A DNA stretch of 64,000 bases from Alphaproteobacteria bacterium (GCA_965221125.1 CBDCRW010000007.1:96001-160000), one strand, 5' to 3'. Shown: positions 37,148-47,278, numbered from the stretch's first letter. The notes: generated from the letters alone by a model not told the origin. Numbers and translations are program-made.

Positions 37148-38902
37148 ATGACCCAGGCTGTCCGCGCAAGCGAGCCGCGCACATATCGCGCCGCACCGAG
37201 CAAGAACCTCGGCGAGGATGCCGACCCCGTGACCACCGAGGTGGTGCGGCATTCCCTGCAGGTTGCTGCGAATTACATGAAGCGCGCGCTGGTGCGCACC
37301 TCCTTCTCGCCGACCATCTACGAGGTCCTGGACTTTGCCGCGGCGATTTACGATCGCGAGGTGCGCATGCTGGCCCAGGCGCCGACGCTGCCGCTCTTCA
37401 TGGGCACGATGAACTTCTGCGTCGAAGCCGCGGTCGAGGCCGTGGGCGGCGAGGACGCGCTCGAGCCGGGCGACATCATCCTCTACAACGACCCCTTCGG
37501 CACCGGCTCGCACCAGCAGGACGCGGCGCTGATCATGCCGGTGTTCTATCGCGACGAGACGCTGATCGGATACACCGGCATCAAGGCCCATCTCCAGGAC
37601 GTCGGCGGCAAGGAGCCCTATTCCACCGATACCGTCGATGTCTTCCAGGAGGGAACCATCTTTCCCGGCCTGAAGCTCTACAAGCGCGGCGAGCTTTCCG
37701 ACGAGGTCCACCGCCTGCTGGTGGCCAATTCGAGGGTGCCCAAGTACGTGGTGGGCGACGTTGAAGCGCTGGTGGTCGCCGTGCGCGCAGGCGCAGCCGC
37801 GCTCTGCGACGTGGTCGACCGCTTCGGGCTCGAGGAATTCGAGACCTGCGTCGAGCGCATGTACGACCACGGTGAGGCGGTCATCCGCAGCTATTTCGAG
37901 AAGATCCCGGACGGCCGCTACGTCGCCCACGGGATGATGGACAATAACGGTATCGACACGGACTCCATCCCCTTCGAGGTCGCGCTTGAGGTCGAGGGTT
38001 CGACCGTCCGCGTCGACTATTCCAACTCGCCGCCGATGCAAAGCGGGCCGGTGAACTGCCCCATCGCGTCCACCGTTTCGGCGACGCGCATGGCGATCAT
38101 GTGGATCGCCGGCGGCGGCGACAACGTCAACGAGGGGCACTTCCGCCCGGTCGAGATCGTCACCCGTCCCGGCACCATGTTCGATCCGGTGTGGCCCGCG
38201 CCGAACTTCCTCTACTTCATTCCCGCCATGCAGGGGATGGAGGTAATTCTGCGCGCCATGTCCGAGGTGATGCCCGAGGCGGTGCCGGCGGCCAGCGACT
38301 GCGACATCCAGGCCACTGTGTGGTGGGGGGTCGACGAGGAGACCGGCGAGCCCTGGGCCGAGGGCATGCCGCACATGGGCGGTCAGGGCGCCTGGTCCAA
38401 GAGCGACGGCCAGAGCAGCCTGATGCACCCGATGGAGGCTGCGGCCCGCAACATTCCGTGCGAGGTCTACGAATCGCGCGATCCCTGGCTGATCACCAAG
38501 TTCGAGCTGGCGCCCGACACCTGCGGGCCGGGCCAGCACCGGGGCGGGCTGGGGCTCGACATGGACTACACCATGCTGGCCGAGTCCTTCGTCACCGTGG
38601 TCATCGAACGCAACAAGTCCAAGGCGTGGGGCCTGGCGGGCGGCGGCGAGGGCTGCCGCACCAACGTCGCCTACGTGCGCCGCGCCGACGGTGAGCGCGA
38701 GACGATCACCAAGGCGACCCGCCTCAGGCTCGGCGCCGGCGAGACGCTGGAGATGCGCACCGCCGGCGGTGGCGGCTACGGGCCCGCTGCGCTCCGGGCG
38801 CCTGAGGCGGTGCTGGCCGACCTGCGCGAGGGCTTCATCACCGAGGACCACGCCCGCGCCTTCTACCCCCACGTGTTCGAGGCGAGCGTGGCCGCCGAAT
38901 AG
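37148..38902 (+). CDS. Hydantoinase B/oxoprolinase subunit, paralogue 1
   Basis: DPVTTEV, NDPF..GSH..D, KAH..DVGG, FQEG, GGGGYG motifs; RBS GGAGG. Confidence 0.93.
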   Translation: MTQAVRASEPRTYRAAPSKNLGEDADPVTTEVVRHSLQVAANYMKRALVRTSFSPTIYEVLDFAAAIYDREVRMLAQAPTLPLFMGTMNFCVEAAVEAVGGEDALEPGDIILYNDPFGTGSHQQDAALIMPVFYRDETLIGYTGIKAHLQDVGGKEPYSTDTVDVFQEGTIFPGLKLYKRGELSDEVHRLLVANSRVPKYVVGDVEALVVAVRAGAAALCDVVDRFGLEEFETCVERMYDHGEAVIRSYFEKIPDGRYVAHGMMDNNGIDTDSIPFEVALEVEGSTVRVDYSNSPPMQSGPVNCPIASTVSATRMAIMWIAGGGDNVNEGHFRPVEIVTRPGTMFDPVWPAPNFLYFIPAMQGMEVILRAMSEVMPEAVPAASDCDIQATVWWGVDEETGEPWAEGMPHMGGQGAWSKSDGQSSLMHPMEAAARNIPCEVYESRDPWLITKFELAPDTCGPGQHRGGLGLDMDYTMLAESFVTVVIERNKSKAWGLAGGGEGCRTNVAYVRRADGERETITKATRLRLGAGETLEMRTAGGGGYGPAALRAPEAVLADLREGFITEDHARAFYPHVFEASVAAE

Positions 38903-38928
38903 GCCCGATCCGGCCCAGAGGACTGCCG

Positions 38929-40668
38929 ATGACCCGCGAATTGGTCACCTATCGCGTCGCCGGAGGGTCGGGCGCGGTCGACGCCGACCCGGTCACCACC
39001 GAGGTCGTGCGCAACTCGCTCAACATCGCGGCCAACCAGATGAAGCGGGCGATCGTGCGCACCGCGTTCTCGCCCTGCATCGTCGAGGTGCTGGACTTCG
39101 CGGTCGCGATCTACGACCGCCGGATCCGCATGCTGGCCCAGGCGCCGAGCATGCCGATCTTCATGGGCACGATGAACTTCTGCGTCGAAAGCGCGGTCGC
39201 CTCGGTAGGCGGCGAGGAGAACCTCGAGCCCGGCGACATCATCATCTACAACGATCCCTTCGGCATGGGCTCCCACCAGCAGGACCTGGCCCTGGTGATG
39301 CCGGTGTTCCTCAAGGACTCCGAGCTGATCGGCTACACCACCATCAAGGGGCATCTGCTCGACATCGGCGGGAAGGACCCTTACTCCACCGACACCGTCG
39401 ACGTCTTCCAGGAAGGCACGATCTATCCCGGCATCAAGCTCTACAAGCGCGGCGTCCTCGACGAGGAGATGAACCGCATGCTGCTCGCCAACTCGCGGGT
39501 GCCGAAGATGGTCGACGGCGACATTCGCGGCGAGGTGGTGGGCTGCCGCACCGGCGCGGCCGCGCTCATCGAGGTGGTCGAGCGCTTCGGCCTGGAAACC
39601 TTCAACCAGGCCACGGAACGCATGTTCGATCATGGCGAATCGATCGTGCGCAGCTACTTCGAGCGCATTCCCGATGGCCGCTACGTCGGTCACGGGGTCA
39701 TGGACGACGACGGCGTGAGCGACGAGAAGGTGCCGTTCGACGTCATCGTCGAGGTCGAGGGCTCGACGGTGCGGATCGACTACTCCACCGTCCCCGACAC
39801 CCGCCCCGGCCCCATCAACACGCCGCAGGCTTCGACGATCTCTGCCAGCCGCTGCGCCATCACCATGCTGGCCGGAGGCTCCGAGGCGCCGAACGAGGGG
39901 CACTTCCGCCCCATCGAGGTGGTGACGCGGCCGGGCTCGATGTTCCATCCGGAATGGCCGGCGCCCTGCTTCCTCTACGGCTGGCCGGCGATGCAGGCGA
40001 TCGAGGTGATCTACCAGGCGCTCTCCCAGGCCATGCCCAGGGCGGTGCCCGCGTCGTCCGGCGGCGACGTCTGCGCCATGATCTTCTGGGGCAACGATCC
40101 CGAGACCGGCGAGCCGTGGGCCGACGGCGCCCCGCATCCCATCGGGCAGGGCGCGCACGCGGGCGGCGACGGCGTCTCCTCGATGCACATCATGCAGGCC
40201 GCGACCCGCTACTCGCCGATCGAGATCTGGGAGGCCAAGTTCCCCTGGCTGGTGGATGAGGTCTCGCTCGCCGTCGACAGTTGCGGGCCCGGCAGGCACC
40301 GGGGCGGCCTCGGGGTCAGCTTCCACTTCCGCATGCTCGCCGATTCCTGGGTCACCACGACCGTGGACCGCACCAAGACCACGCCGTGGGGGCTGCAAGG
40401 CGGCGACGACGGCGTCTGCAACACCATCCACGCAGAGATGCCCGACGGCGAGCGCATCGGCCCGTTCGGCAAGGCCACGCGCATGTTCCTGCCCGAGGGC
40501 GCTGTCGTCGAGCTGTCCAGCGGCGGCGGCGGCGGCTATGGCCCTGCCGCTGAACGCGACCCCGCCGCGGTGCACAACGACATCCGCGAGGGGTACATCA
40601 CCGAGGCGCACGCCCGCGCCCACTACCCGCACGCCTTCGCCGACCTGAAATCTGCCGCCGCCGAGTAG
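38929..40668 (+). CDS. Hydantoinase B/oxoprolinase subunit, paralogue 2
   Basis: Same motifs; closely similar to the upstream paralogue. Confidence 0.93.
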   Translation: MTRELVTYRVAGGSGAVDADPVTTEVVRNSLNIAANQMKRAIVRTAFSPCIVEVLDFAVAIYDRRIRMLAQAPSMPIFMGTMNFCVESAVASVGGEENLEPGDIIIYNDPFGMGSHQQDLALVMPVFLKDSELIGYTTIKGHLLDIGGKDPYSTDTVDVFQEGTIYPGIKLYKRGVLDEEMNRMLLANSRVPKMVDGDIRGEVVGCRTGAAALIEVVERFGLETFNQATERMFDHGESIVRSYFERIPDGRYVGHGVMDDDGVSDEKVPFDVIVEVEGSTVRIDYSTVPDTRPGPINTPQASTISASRCAITMLAGGSEAPNEGHFRPIEVVTRPGSMFHPEWPAPCFLYGWPAMQAIEVIYQALSQAMPRAVPASSGGDVCAMIFWGNDPETGEPWADGAPHPIGQGAHAGGDGVSSMHIMQAATRYSPIEIWEAKFPWLVDEVSLAVDSCGPGRHRGGLGVSFHFRMLADSWVTTTVDRTKTTPWGLQGGDDGVCNTIHAEMPDGERIGPFGKATRMFLPEGAVVELSSGGGGGYGPAAERDPAAVHNDIREGYITEAHARAHYPHAFADLKSAAAE

Positions 40669-40671
40669 GGT

Positions 40672-40818
40672 TAGAGCGCGTCCGACTTTGACGGACGCGC
40701 TCTAGGCCGCGACAGCGGCCCGCCGCGTATGCGGCGCGCCCGCGCAGGCGCTGGCCGCAGGCCAGCTGCCGTGAGCGATAGAGATTCAGAGCGTTTCCGC
40801 GCAAAGCGGACACGTTCT
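40672..40818. repeat. Two TAGAGC-capped hairpins between convergent genes (CIR/RPE-like repeat, possible bidirectional terminator)
   Basis: TAGAGCGCGTCCG-7-CGGACGCGCTCTA (perfect 13-bp stem) and AGAGCGTTTCCGC-5-GCGGACACGTTCT. Confidence 0.6.
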
Positions 40819-41785
40819 AGCTACCTCCGGCCATTGCCTCTCCGGGGTTGTGGCACGCTGTCAGGTGGTCGTCGCCGAAGCCGGCAAGCTCCGGGGTCTC
40901 GGCCCAGCACTGCTCGAGCGCGTAGGGACAACGCGGCGCAAAGGCGCAGCCCTCGGAGGCGCGCTCCTGGCCTTCCAGCAGGTTGCGATCCCAGGGCCAA
41001 TGCGGCCGCAGTGATTCCTCCTCTTCGGACACCACCGGAACCGACGACAGCAGCATCGCCGTGTAGCGGTGGCGCGGCTCGCGGAACACCGGCTCGGTGG
41101 GCCCGCTCTCGACGATCCGGCCGCGGTACATCACGGCGATGCGCGAGGCCATGTTGCGCGCCACGCCGAGGTCGTGGGTGATGAAGAGATAGGTGAGGTT
41201 GAAACGCGCCTGGAGGTCGAACAGAAGCGTCAGCACCCGCGCCTGAACGGATACGTCGAGCGCGGACGTCGGCTCGTCGAGCACGATGAGGTCGGGTTTG
41301 GCCGCCAGCGCCCGCGCCAGCGCGGCCCGCTGCCGCTGGCCGCCGGAGAGCGCGGTCGGATAGCGGTTCATGTACTCGGGCGACAGTCCGACGATACCCA
41401 ATAGCTCGGCCACGGTTTGGGCGTAGTCGCCCGAGGGAACCATGCCGTGCACCCGGAGCGGCAGCTCGATTGCCTGGCGGATCGTGCGCTTGGGGTTCAG
41501 CGTAGACAGCGGGTTCTGCTGCACGACCTGCATGCGCCGGCGCAGGCCCCGGTCGCGCCGTGCGCCGAGCTCGGCGCCGTCGAACACGATGCGCCCTGCG
41601 CTCGGCTCTTCCACCCCCAGCACGAGCTTGGCGAGGGTCGTCTTGCCCGATCCCGACTCGCCCACGATGGCGACGCTCTCGCCCGGCGCCACCGCAAGGT
41701 TCACGCCCGCGAGCGCCCGCACCACGTCCTTGCCGACCACGTAGTGCTTCGCCAGGTCCTCGACCTCGAGGATGGTGTCCGTCAT
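40817..41785 (-). CDS. Oligopeptide ABC ATP-binding protein (OppF/DppF)
   Basis: GESGSGKT, LSGGQRQR, LDEPTSALD and GCAFAPRC motifs. Confidence 0.95.
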   Translation of the reverse strand: MTDTILEVEDLAKHYVVGKDVVRALAGVNLAVAPGESVAIVGESGSGKTTLAKLVLGVEEPSAGRIVFDGAELGARRDRGLRRRMQVVQQNPLSTLNPKRTIRQAIELPLRVHGMVPSGDYAQTVAELLGIVGLSPEYMNRYPTALSGGQRQRAALARALAAKPDLIVLDEPTSALDVSVQARVLTLLFDLQARFNLTYLFITHDLGVARNMASRIAVMYRGRIVESGPTEPVFREPRHRYTAMLLSSVPVVSEEEESLRPHWPWDRNLLEGQERASEGCAFAPRCPYALEQCWAETPELAGFGDDHLTACHNPGEAMAGGS

Positions 41786-41914
41786 GCCCGCCCTGATCCC
41801 GCTGCACGGCCGCGCGGCGTTGCCGCTGCGAGGGCCGCACGATAGTCTCCGAGCCCCGGAGCGGCAACAAGGATGGCCGCGCGAGCGGGGCATTCCGTGG
41901 AGAGGTAGGGCGTT

Positions 41915-43951
41915 ATGGCGACGCGAATCGGTGTTGATATCGGCGGGACGTTTACCGACCTGATCTACTACGACGACGTCTCGGGCGAATCGCTGGTCGC
42001 CAAGATGCCGACCACGCCGGACAATCCCGACGAGGGCGTGATCGACGCCATCGGTCAGGCCGTGCCGGCCGATCGCGTGAAGGCGGCGGAGTATTTTCTC
42101 CACGGCACCACCGTCGGCATCAACGCGCTCCTTCAGCGGCGCGGCGCCGTGGTCGGACTGCTGGCCACCGAGGGCTTCCGCGACATCCTGGAAATCCGTC
42201 GCGGCGACCGCGAGGAGATGTACAACCTGTTCTGGACCCCGCCGCCGCCCCTGGTGCCGCGTCGGCTGCGCCGCCCCGTCAAGGAGAGGATTCGTGCCAA
42301 CGGCGAGGTCCACACGGCCCAGGAAACCGCGGACATTCTCGAGGCCCTCAGGGTGTTCAGGGAGGAAGGCGTCGACGCCATCGCCATCGCCTACATGAAC
42401 GCCTACGCCAACCCCGTTCACGAGATGGAGGCCGAGCGCGAGGTGCGGGCCGCGGGCTTCGAGGGCGAGATATCGCTCTCCCACCGCGTCTCGGGCGAGT
42501 ACCGCGAGTACGAGCGGACGACGACGACCGTGATCGACGCCTTCGTCCGCCCACGGATGATCCACTACCTGCGCCGGCTGGACGAGGAGCTCGCAAAGGC
42601 GGGGTTCGCCGGGCGGCTGCTCATCACCCGCTCGGGCGGCGGCTCGATGACCTTCGCCGAGGCCGAGGAGCGTCCGTTCGAGACCATCATGTCCGGCCCG
42701 GTCGCCGGCGCCGAAGGGGCGGGTGAGCTCGCCCGCAAGCTCGGCATCGACGACCTCATCACCGCCGACGTCGGCGGCACCAGCTTCGATACCTGCCTCG
42801 TCAGCGGCGGCCGGCCGCAGCTCATGTACGAGGGCATGGTCGTCGGCCTGCCGGTGCAGACGCCGTGGGTGGACGTGCGCTCGATCGGCGCCGGCGGCGG
42901 CTCCATCGCCTACATCGACGTCGGCGGCCTGCTGCAGGTCGGCCCGCAGAGCGCCGGCGCCGACCCCGGACCCGCCTCGTACGGGCGCGGCGGGACCGAA
43001 CCCACGGTCACCGACTGCGCGCTCTGCCTAGGCATGCTGGGCGAGGGCAAGCTCGCCTCGGGCATCACCCTCGACGTGGGCAGGGCGCGGGCCGCCATCG
43101 AGCCGATCGCCGAGACGCTGAATTTCACCGTCGATCAGGCCGCCCAGGGCGTCATGACCATCGTGACCGCCTCGATGGCCAACACCATCCGCGAGATCAC
43201 CATCGACCAGGGCGTCGATCCCAGGCAGGCGACGTTGCTGGCCTTCGGCGGCGCCGGCCCGCTGATGGCCTGCGCGCTCGCCCGCGAGCTCAACATCGGC
43301 ACCATCGTGATCCCGCCCTATGCCGGCAATTTCTCCGCGTGGGGGCTGCTGGGGGCCGACCTGACGCAGGCCGCGGCGCGGACCAGGATCATGAAGCTCT
43401 CGGACGATGCACTCGCCGAGGCGAACGACATTCTGAAGGACCTGTTCACCACCCTCGAGGAGCGCCAGGGGCCGCTCCGAGACGGCCAGACGCGCGCGCG
43501 CGAGGTCGGGCTCGACATGCGCTACGCCGGCCAGGAGCACAACCTCACGGTGCCGATGGAGGCACCCGACGGCGCCATCACCGCCAGCGCCGACGCGGTG
43601 CTCGACGCCTTCACCCAGGAGTACGAGCGGACCTTCCGCAACACAATGGAGGAGGAAGCGGAAATCGTCTCGATCCGCGCGACCCTGCGCCTGCCCCTGC
43701 CGCGGCGCGCGAGCGAGTACAGGGCCGCCGTCGCCGGCGGCACGGGCGCCGCCGAGGTCGAGGCCTATTCCTTCACCGAGGACAGGCGCCAGCCGTTCAG
43801 GATCGTGGCGCGCGAATCGCTCGGCGTCGGCGATACGGTGGGCGGGCCGGCCATCGTCACGGAGGAGACCGCGACGACCTATCTCGATGCCGGCTTCGAG
43901 GCGCGGCTCGACGCCTCCGGCTGCCTGTTCCTGAAATACCTGAAGGAATGA
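41915..43951 (+). CDS. Hydantoinase A/oxoprolinase ATP-binding subunit
   Basis: GVDIGGTFTD, HGTT, SGP, DVGGTSFD, GAGGGS motifs. Confidence 0.93.
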   Translation: MATRIGVDIGGTFTDLIYYDDVSGESLVAKMPTTPDNPDEGVIDAIGQAVPADRVKAAEYFLHGTTVGINALLQRRGAVVGLLATEGFRDILEIRRGDREEMYNLFWTPPPPLVPRRLRRPVKERIRANGEVHTAQETADILEALRVFREEGVDAIAIAYMNAYANPVHEMEAEREVRAAGFEGEISLSHRVSGEYREYERTTTTVIDAFVRPRMIHYLRRLDEELAKAGFAGRLLITRSGGGSMTFAEAEERPFETIMSGPVAGAEGAGELARKLGIDDLITADVGGTSFDTCLVSGGRPQLMYEGMVVGLPVQTPWVDVRSIGAGGGSIAYIDVGGLLQVGPQSAGADPGPASYGRGGTEPTVTDCALCLGMLGEGKLASGITLDVGRARAAIEPIAETLNFTVDQAAQGVMTIVTASMANTIREITIDQGVDPRQATLLAFGGAGPLMACALARELNIGTIVIPPYAGNFSAWGLLGADLTQAAARTRIMKLSDDALAEANDILKDLFTTLEERQGPLRDGQTRAREVGLDMRYAGQEHNLTVPMEAPDGAITASADAVLDAFTQEYERTFRNTMEEEAEIVSIRATLRLPLPRRASEYRAAVAGGTGAAEVEAYSFTEDRRQPFRIVARESLGVGDTVGGPAIVTEETATTYLDAGFEARLDASGCLFLKYLKE

Positions 43952-43985
43952 GGGTGCCGCCCGGAGCGGCGGGCGGCGAACGGCG

Positions 43986-44996
43986 TTACTCGCCCCACAC
44001 CTCCCTGAAGACCCTGATCCAGTTGCCGCCGAGAATCTTCTTCGTCGCCTCCTCGCTGTAGCCACGCTCGAGCAGGCGACGGGTCAGGTTGCGCAGGTCA
44101 CGCGGCGTCTCGATGCCGTCCACATAATGAATGGGCGGTGGCGGATAGGAGTCGGGCCGCCACTTGCCGGCGGCGATGAACCCCTCGTAGAGCCGGGTGG
44201 CCTCCTCGAGGCCGGTAAACGCTGCCTGAATCCAGTAGTAGTCGATTCCGAGGCCGACGTGATCGTCGCCGACGAGCTTCACCACGTAGTCGATGTGGTC
44301 GATGAACTCGTCGAGCGTCGGTTTGGCCGACGCGCTGACGAAAGAGGGAAAGCCGACCATGCCAATCAGGCCGCCGGTCGCCGCCGCCGCCTTGATCTGA
44401 TCGTCGGTGATGTTGCGGCGCGAGTCCTTCACCGCCTTCGGGTTCGAGTGCGAGAAGACCACGGGGCGCGTCGACGCTTCGATCGCATCCATCGTGGTGC
44501 GATAGCCGGTGTGGGTGCAGTCCACCACGACGCGGGCCTCGTTGAGGCGCTCGACCACTTGCAGGCCGAAGTTGCTGAGGCCTGCGTCCGTGCGTTCCTC
44601 GCAACCGTCGCCGACGCTGTTCTTGACGTTGTAGGCGAGCTGAATCATGCCGACGCCGAGGGCCTTGTACGCATCAACGAGGTTCAGGTCGTCCTCGATC
44701 GGCCCGGTCCCCTGGAAGTGGAACAGCATGCCGAACTTGCCGTCGGCCTTGGCTTCGGCGAAGTCGGCGGCGCGCTTGATGAGGGTGAGCCTGGGGTCCG
44801 CATCGATCGCACGGATCCAATCGCCCAGGATACGAAGGGTGGGGCCCGCGCGCTCGAAGACGGCGATGCTCGGCGCGGTCGCGGTGACACCCCCCTCGAT
44901 ATACCAGTCGATGTACTGGCGGCGCATCACGAGCGGGCTTACCGCATCGATGACGATGGCCTCGTCGTGAATGCGGTCGTGATCGAGCCTTGCCAC
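43986..44996 (-). CDS. Membrane dipeptidase (M19) family amidohydrolase
   Basis: QLAYN..N..GDGC, GLS.FG, D.TH, SHSN, RNITD, HVGLGID and KILGGNW motifs. Confidence 0.88.
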   Translation of the reverse strand: MARLDHDRIHDEAIVIDAVSPLVMRRQYIDWYIEGGVTATAPSIAVFERAGPTLRILGDWIRAIDADPRLTLIKRAADFAEAKADGKFGMLFHFQGTGPIEDDLNLVDAYKALGVGMIQLAYNVKNSVGDGCEERTDAGLSNFGLQVVERLNEARVVVDCTHTGYRTTMDAIEASTRPVVFSHSNPKAVKDSRRNITDDQIKAAAATGGLIGMVGFPSFVSASAKPTLDEFIDHIDYVVKLVGDDHVGLGIDYYWIQAAFTGLEEATRLYEGFIAAGKWRPDSYPPPPIHYVDGIETPRDLRNLTRRLLERGYSEEATKKILGGNWIRVFREVWGE

Positions 44997-45115
44997 GCCT
45001 GCGTTCTCCCCTGTCTTGCGCCCCTGGCGAGCACTGTCCCGCCCAACGGTACGTCATGAGCGATGCAGGCGCCAACGGCGCCGGCTGGATCGGCCTTCTC
45101 CGAGCGCGGCCAGCC

Positions 45116-45877
45116 TTAGTAGGCAGAGTATCCCTTGTCGACCATGATGTTGGCGCCCGTGACCATGTCGGAGTCGGAGGACGCGAGAAACACCGCCGTG
45201 CCCGCCAGGTCGTCGGGCACCAGCCACGGATCGTCGCCGCCGAAGCGGCCCAGCAGCGCCGCATCGTGGCGCCCGAACTCGGCCCGGTATTCGGTATTCA
45301 TGTCGGACTCGACACACCCCGGCGACAGGCAGTTCACCTGGATGTTGTGGGGGCGGAGATCGAGCGCGAGCCCCTTGGTCAGCAGCTTCACGGCGCCCTT
45401 GGTGGCGCAGTAGATCGCCGAGCTGGCCAGCCCCGTATCCCCCAGGATCGAGCCGATATTGATGATCTTGCCGCCGCCGCGAGCCATCATCTGCGGCAGC
45501 AGCGCCTGCGCGGCGAAGAAGGCGCCCTTGGCGTTGGTGTTCATCTGGCTGTCCCACTCGTCCTCGCTGGCCTCGCTCGGTGTCGACAACAGGTAGATGC
45601 CCGCGTTGTTCACGAGGATGTCGGCGCCGCCGAAGGCCGCTGCCACGGCCCCCGCCATGGCCGCGCACTCCTTCGTCTGCGCCACGTCGCAGCGGATGGC
45701 GGTGGCCTCGCTGCCGGCGGACCTGATTCCCGCCACGACCTCGTCCGCGGCCTCGGCCGCCGCCTTGTAGACCACGGCCACGCGCGCGCCTTCCGCACCG
45801 AAACGGCGCGCGATGGCGGCGCCGATGCCGCGCGAGCCACCCGTCACCACGGCCACCTTGTCGTCAAGCCTTCCCAT
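45116..45877 (-). CDS. Short-chain dehydrogenase/reductase
   Basis: TGGSRGIG, NNAG, YCATK motifs. Confidence 0.92.
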   Translation of the reverse strand: MGRLDDKVAVVTGGSRGIGAAIARRFGAEGARVAVVYKAAAEAADEVVAGIRSAGSEATAIRCDVAQTKECAAMAGAVAAAFGGADILVNNAGIYLLSTPSEASEDEWDSQMNTNAKGAFFAAQALLPQMMARGGGKIINIGSILGDTGLASSAIYCATKGAVKLLTKGLALDLRPHNIQVNCLSPGCVESDMNTEYRAEFGRHDAALLGRFGGDDPWLVPDDLAGTAVFLASSDSDMVTGANIMVDKGYSAY

Positions 45878-46161
45878 TGCGGTCTCGTCCTCTGGTTGCA
45901 CCGGGGATCTTGGCACCTGGCACGTATCCGCCAAGTCAAATACTAAGGAGCCGCTTGCAGAAATCCGGCGCTGAGCGGGATTCTGCCGCCGAGCGAGGCA
46001 GATTGTCCTGGAAGTCGGGACCGCTCTCTGACCCTGTCCGGCTTTCCACAACCTGGATGGAGAGCGCGCGGCCCCATGTCGCTGGGGCAGACACTATCTG
46101 GATTCTGGTATTCCATTCAAGGCAGTGCTGCTGCGCGCATTGAAATTCTCTTGCAATCAGG

Positions 46162-46345
46162 TCAACGAATTTCTTCGGATTGCTGTGAGCCGATCGGATC
46201 GTAGGCAAGGTTTGGCGCGAGCCACACCTCGGTCTCGCGGACGGAGGCACCCTTGCGCCGCGCATAGTCTGCCACTTGGTCGCGGCCAAGCTTGCTGACC
46301 CCAAAATAGGTGCTTTCCGGGTGGCTGAAATAGAGGCCGCACGAT
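46162..46345 (-). pseudogene. metH: Fragment of cobalamin-dependent methionine synthase (MetH) C-terminus
   Basis: [14 protein letters not shown]...DQV.DYA.RKG......[11 protein letters not shown] is the MetH terminal signature; upstream sequence is unrelated. Confidence 0.8.
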
Positions 46346-46556
46346 GATCTAACCGACGGGCGCAAGCGCGTCCCCCTAGAATCGTCCTTCAAGCGGATCG
46401 CCAGGCTTCCTTGCGCACCCCTCAGGCAAACAAAGGAACACCGCTCGGGATATCCTGGCGGATTGCGATTATGCTGTGTTTGAGAAGTCGAAGAACACGA
46501 GATCTACGGGCAACCACAGGAAGCCACCTCCGACTCCGGTAAAGAACCGGGACTGA

Positions 46557-46905
46557 GCGGGCGAGGATATCCACGATGCGCAGTCCGGATGGCCGAGTGG
46601 CCTGACGGCCATCCATAGCAGAATCGGCGCGCTGAAGAGACGGTCCTGCGCATTCAAAGTCGGCATCACCAATCATCCGAAAACCAGAATGCGTCAATAC
46701 GAGAAGTTCAATCCTCGTCACTACAGCGAGATGCGAGTGATCTACAGGACTTCCAGCCGCAGGAATGCGGCTGAACTGGAAAGACAGCTTATTGACCGCA
46801 ACTGGCTCGACCCAAGAATTCGGAACGAAATTAGGTGGAGGCGGGGGCAAGCCAGGAACGGGCAAATACTATCTGTACGTGGTGCGCCGTCGCCGACACA
46901 ATTGA
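46557..46905 (+). pseudogene. Small GIY-YIG-like hypothetical gene, frameshifted and lacking a start codon
   Basis: FKVGITNHP..R..QY and AAELE..LI in one frame, GGGGGKPG.GKYYLYVV in the +1 frame after about 46830. Confidence 0.5.
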
Positions 46906-46954
46906 CGTGAGACAGCGTAACGGCCGGATTCTGACCCTCAGGCCGCATCCGCCG

Positions 46955-47047
46955 CGCCCGTACCACCAGCCGCTTCCGCCGCTTGGCTCCAGCATAGAGA
47001 AGGTTCTGCTTCAGCATCTCGTATTGCGGCATCAGCAGTGGGATTGC
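46955..47047 (-). pseudogene. Fragment of RecD2-like helicase C-terminus
   Basis: IPLLMPQYEMLKQNLLYAGAKRRKRLVV resembles the RecD2 motif IP....HY.ML.RNLLYT..TR.K.LVV. Confidence 0.6.
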
Positions 47048-47278
47048 CGCCGCGGTTGTCCCCAGCCCTGACGTATGAGCCGGTTCCCGTCACAGCGGGG
47101 ATCGGCTCTTCCCCCTTTTGCTCCGTGCTAATGGACGCGCAACGGGGCTCGACGCTGCGCGCCATCGCCGCTTGCGCTTCCGCTCTCCCCTCCAACCGAT
47201 CCCCGCGCGTCGCTGTGTCGTATCCGGCTCGGCGCATACGCGCATCCGCCGGACGCTCGCCCGTCGCTCCCTATGATG

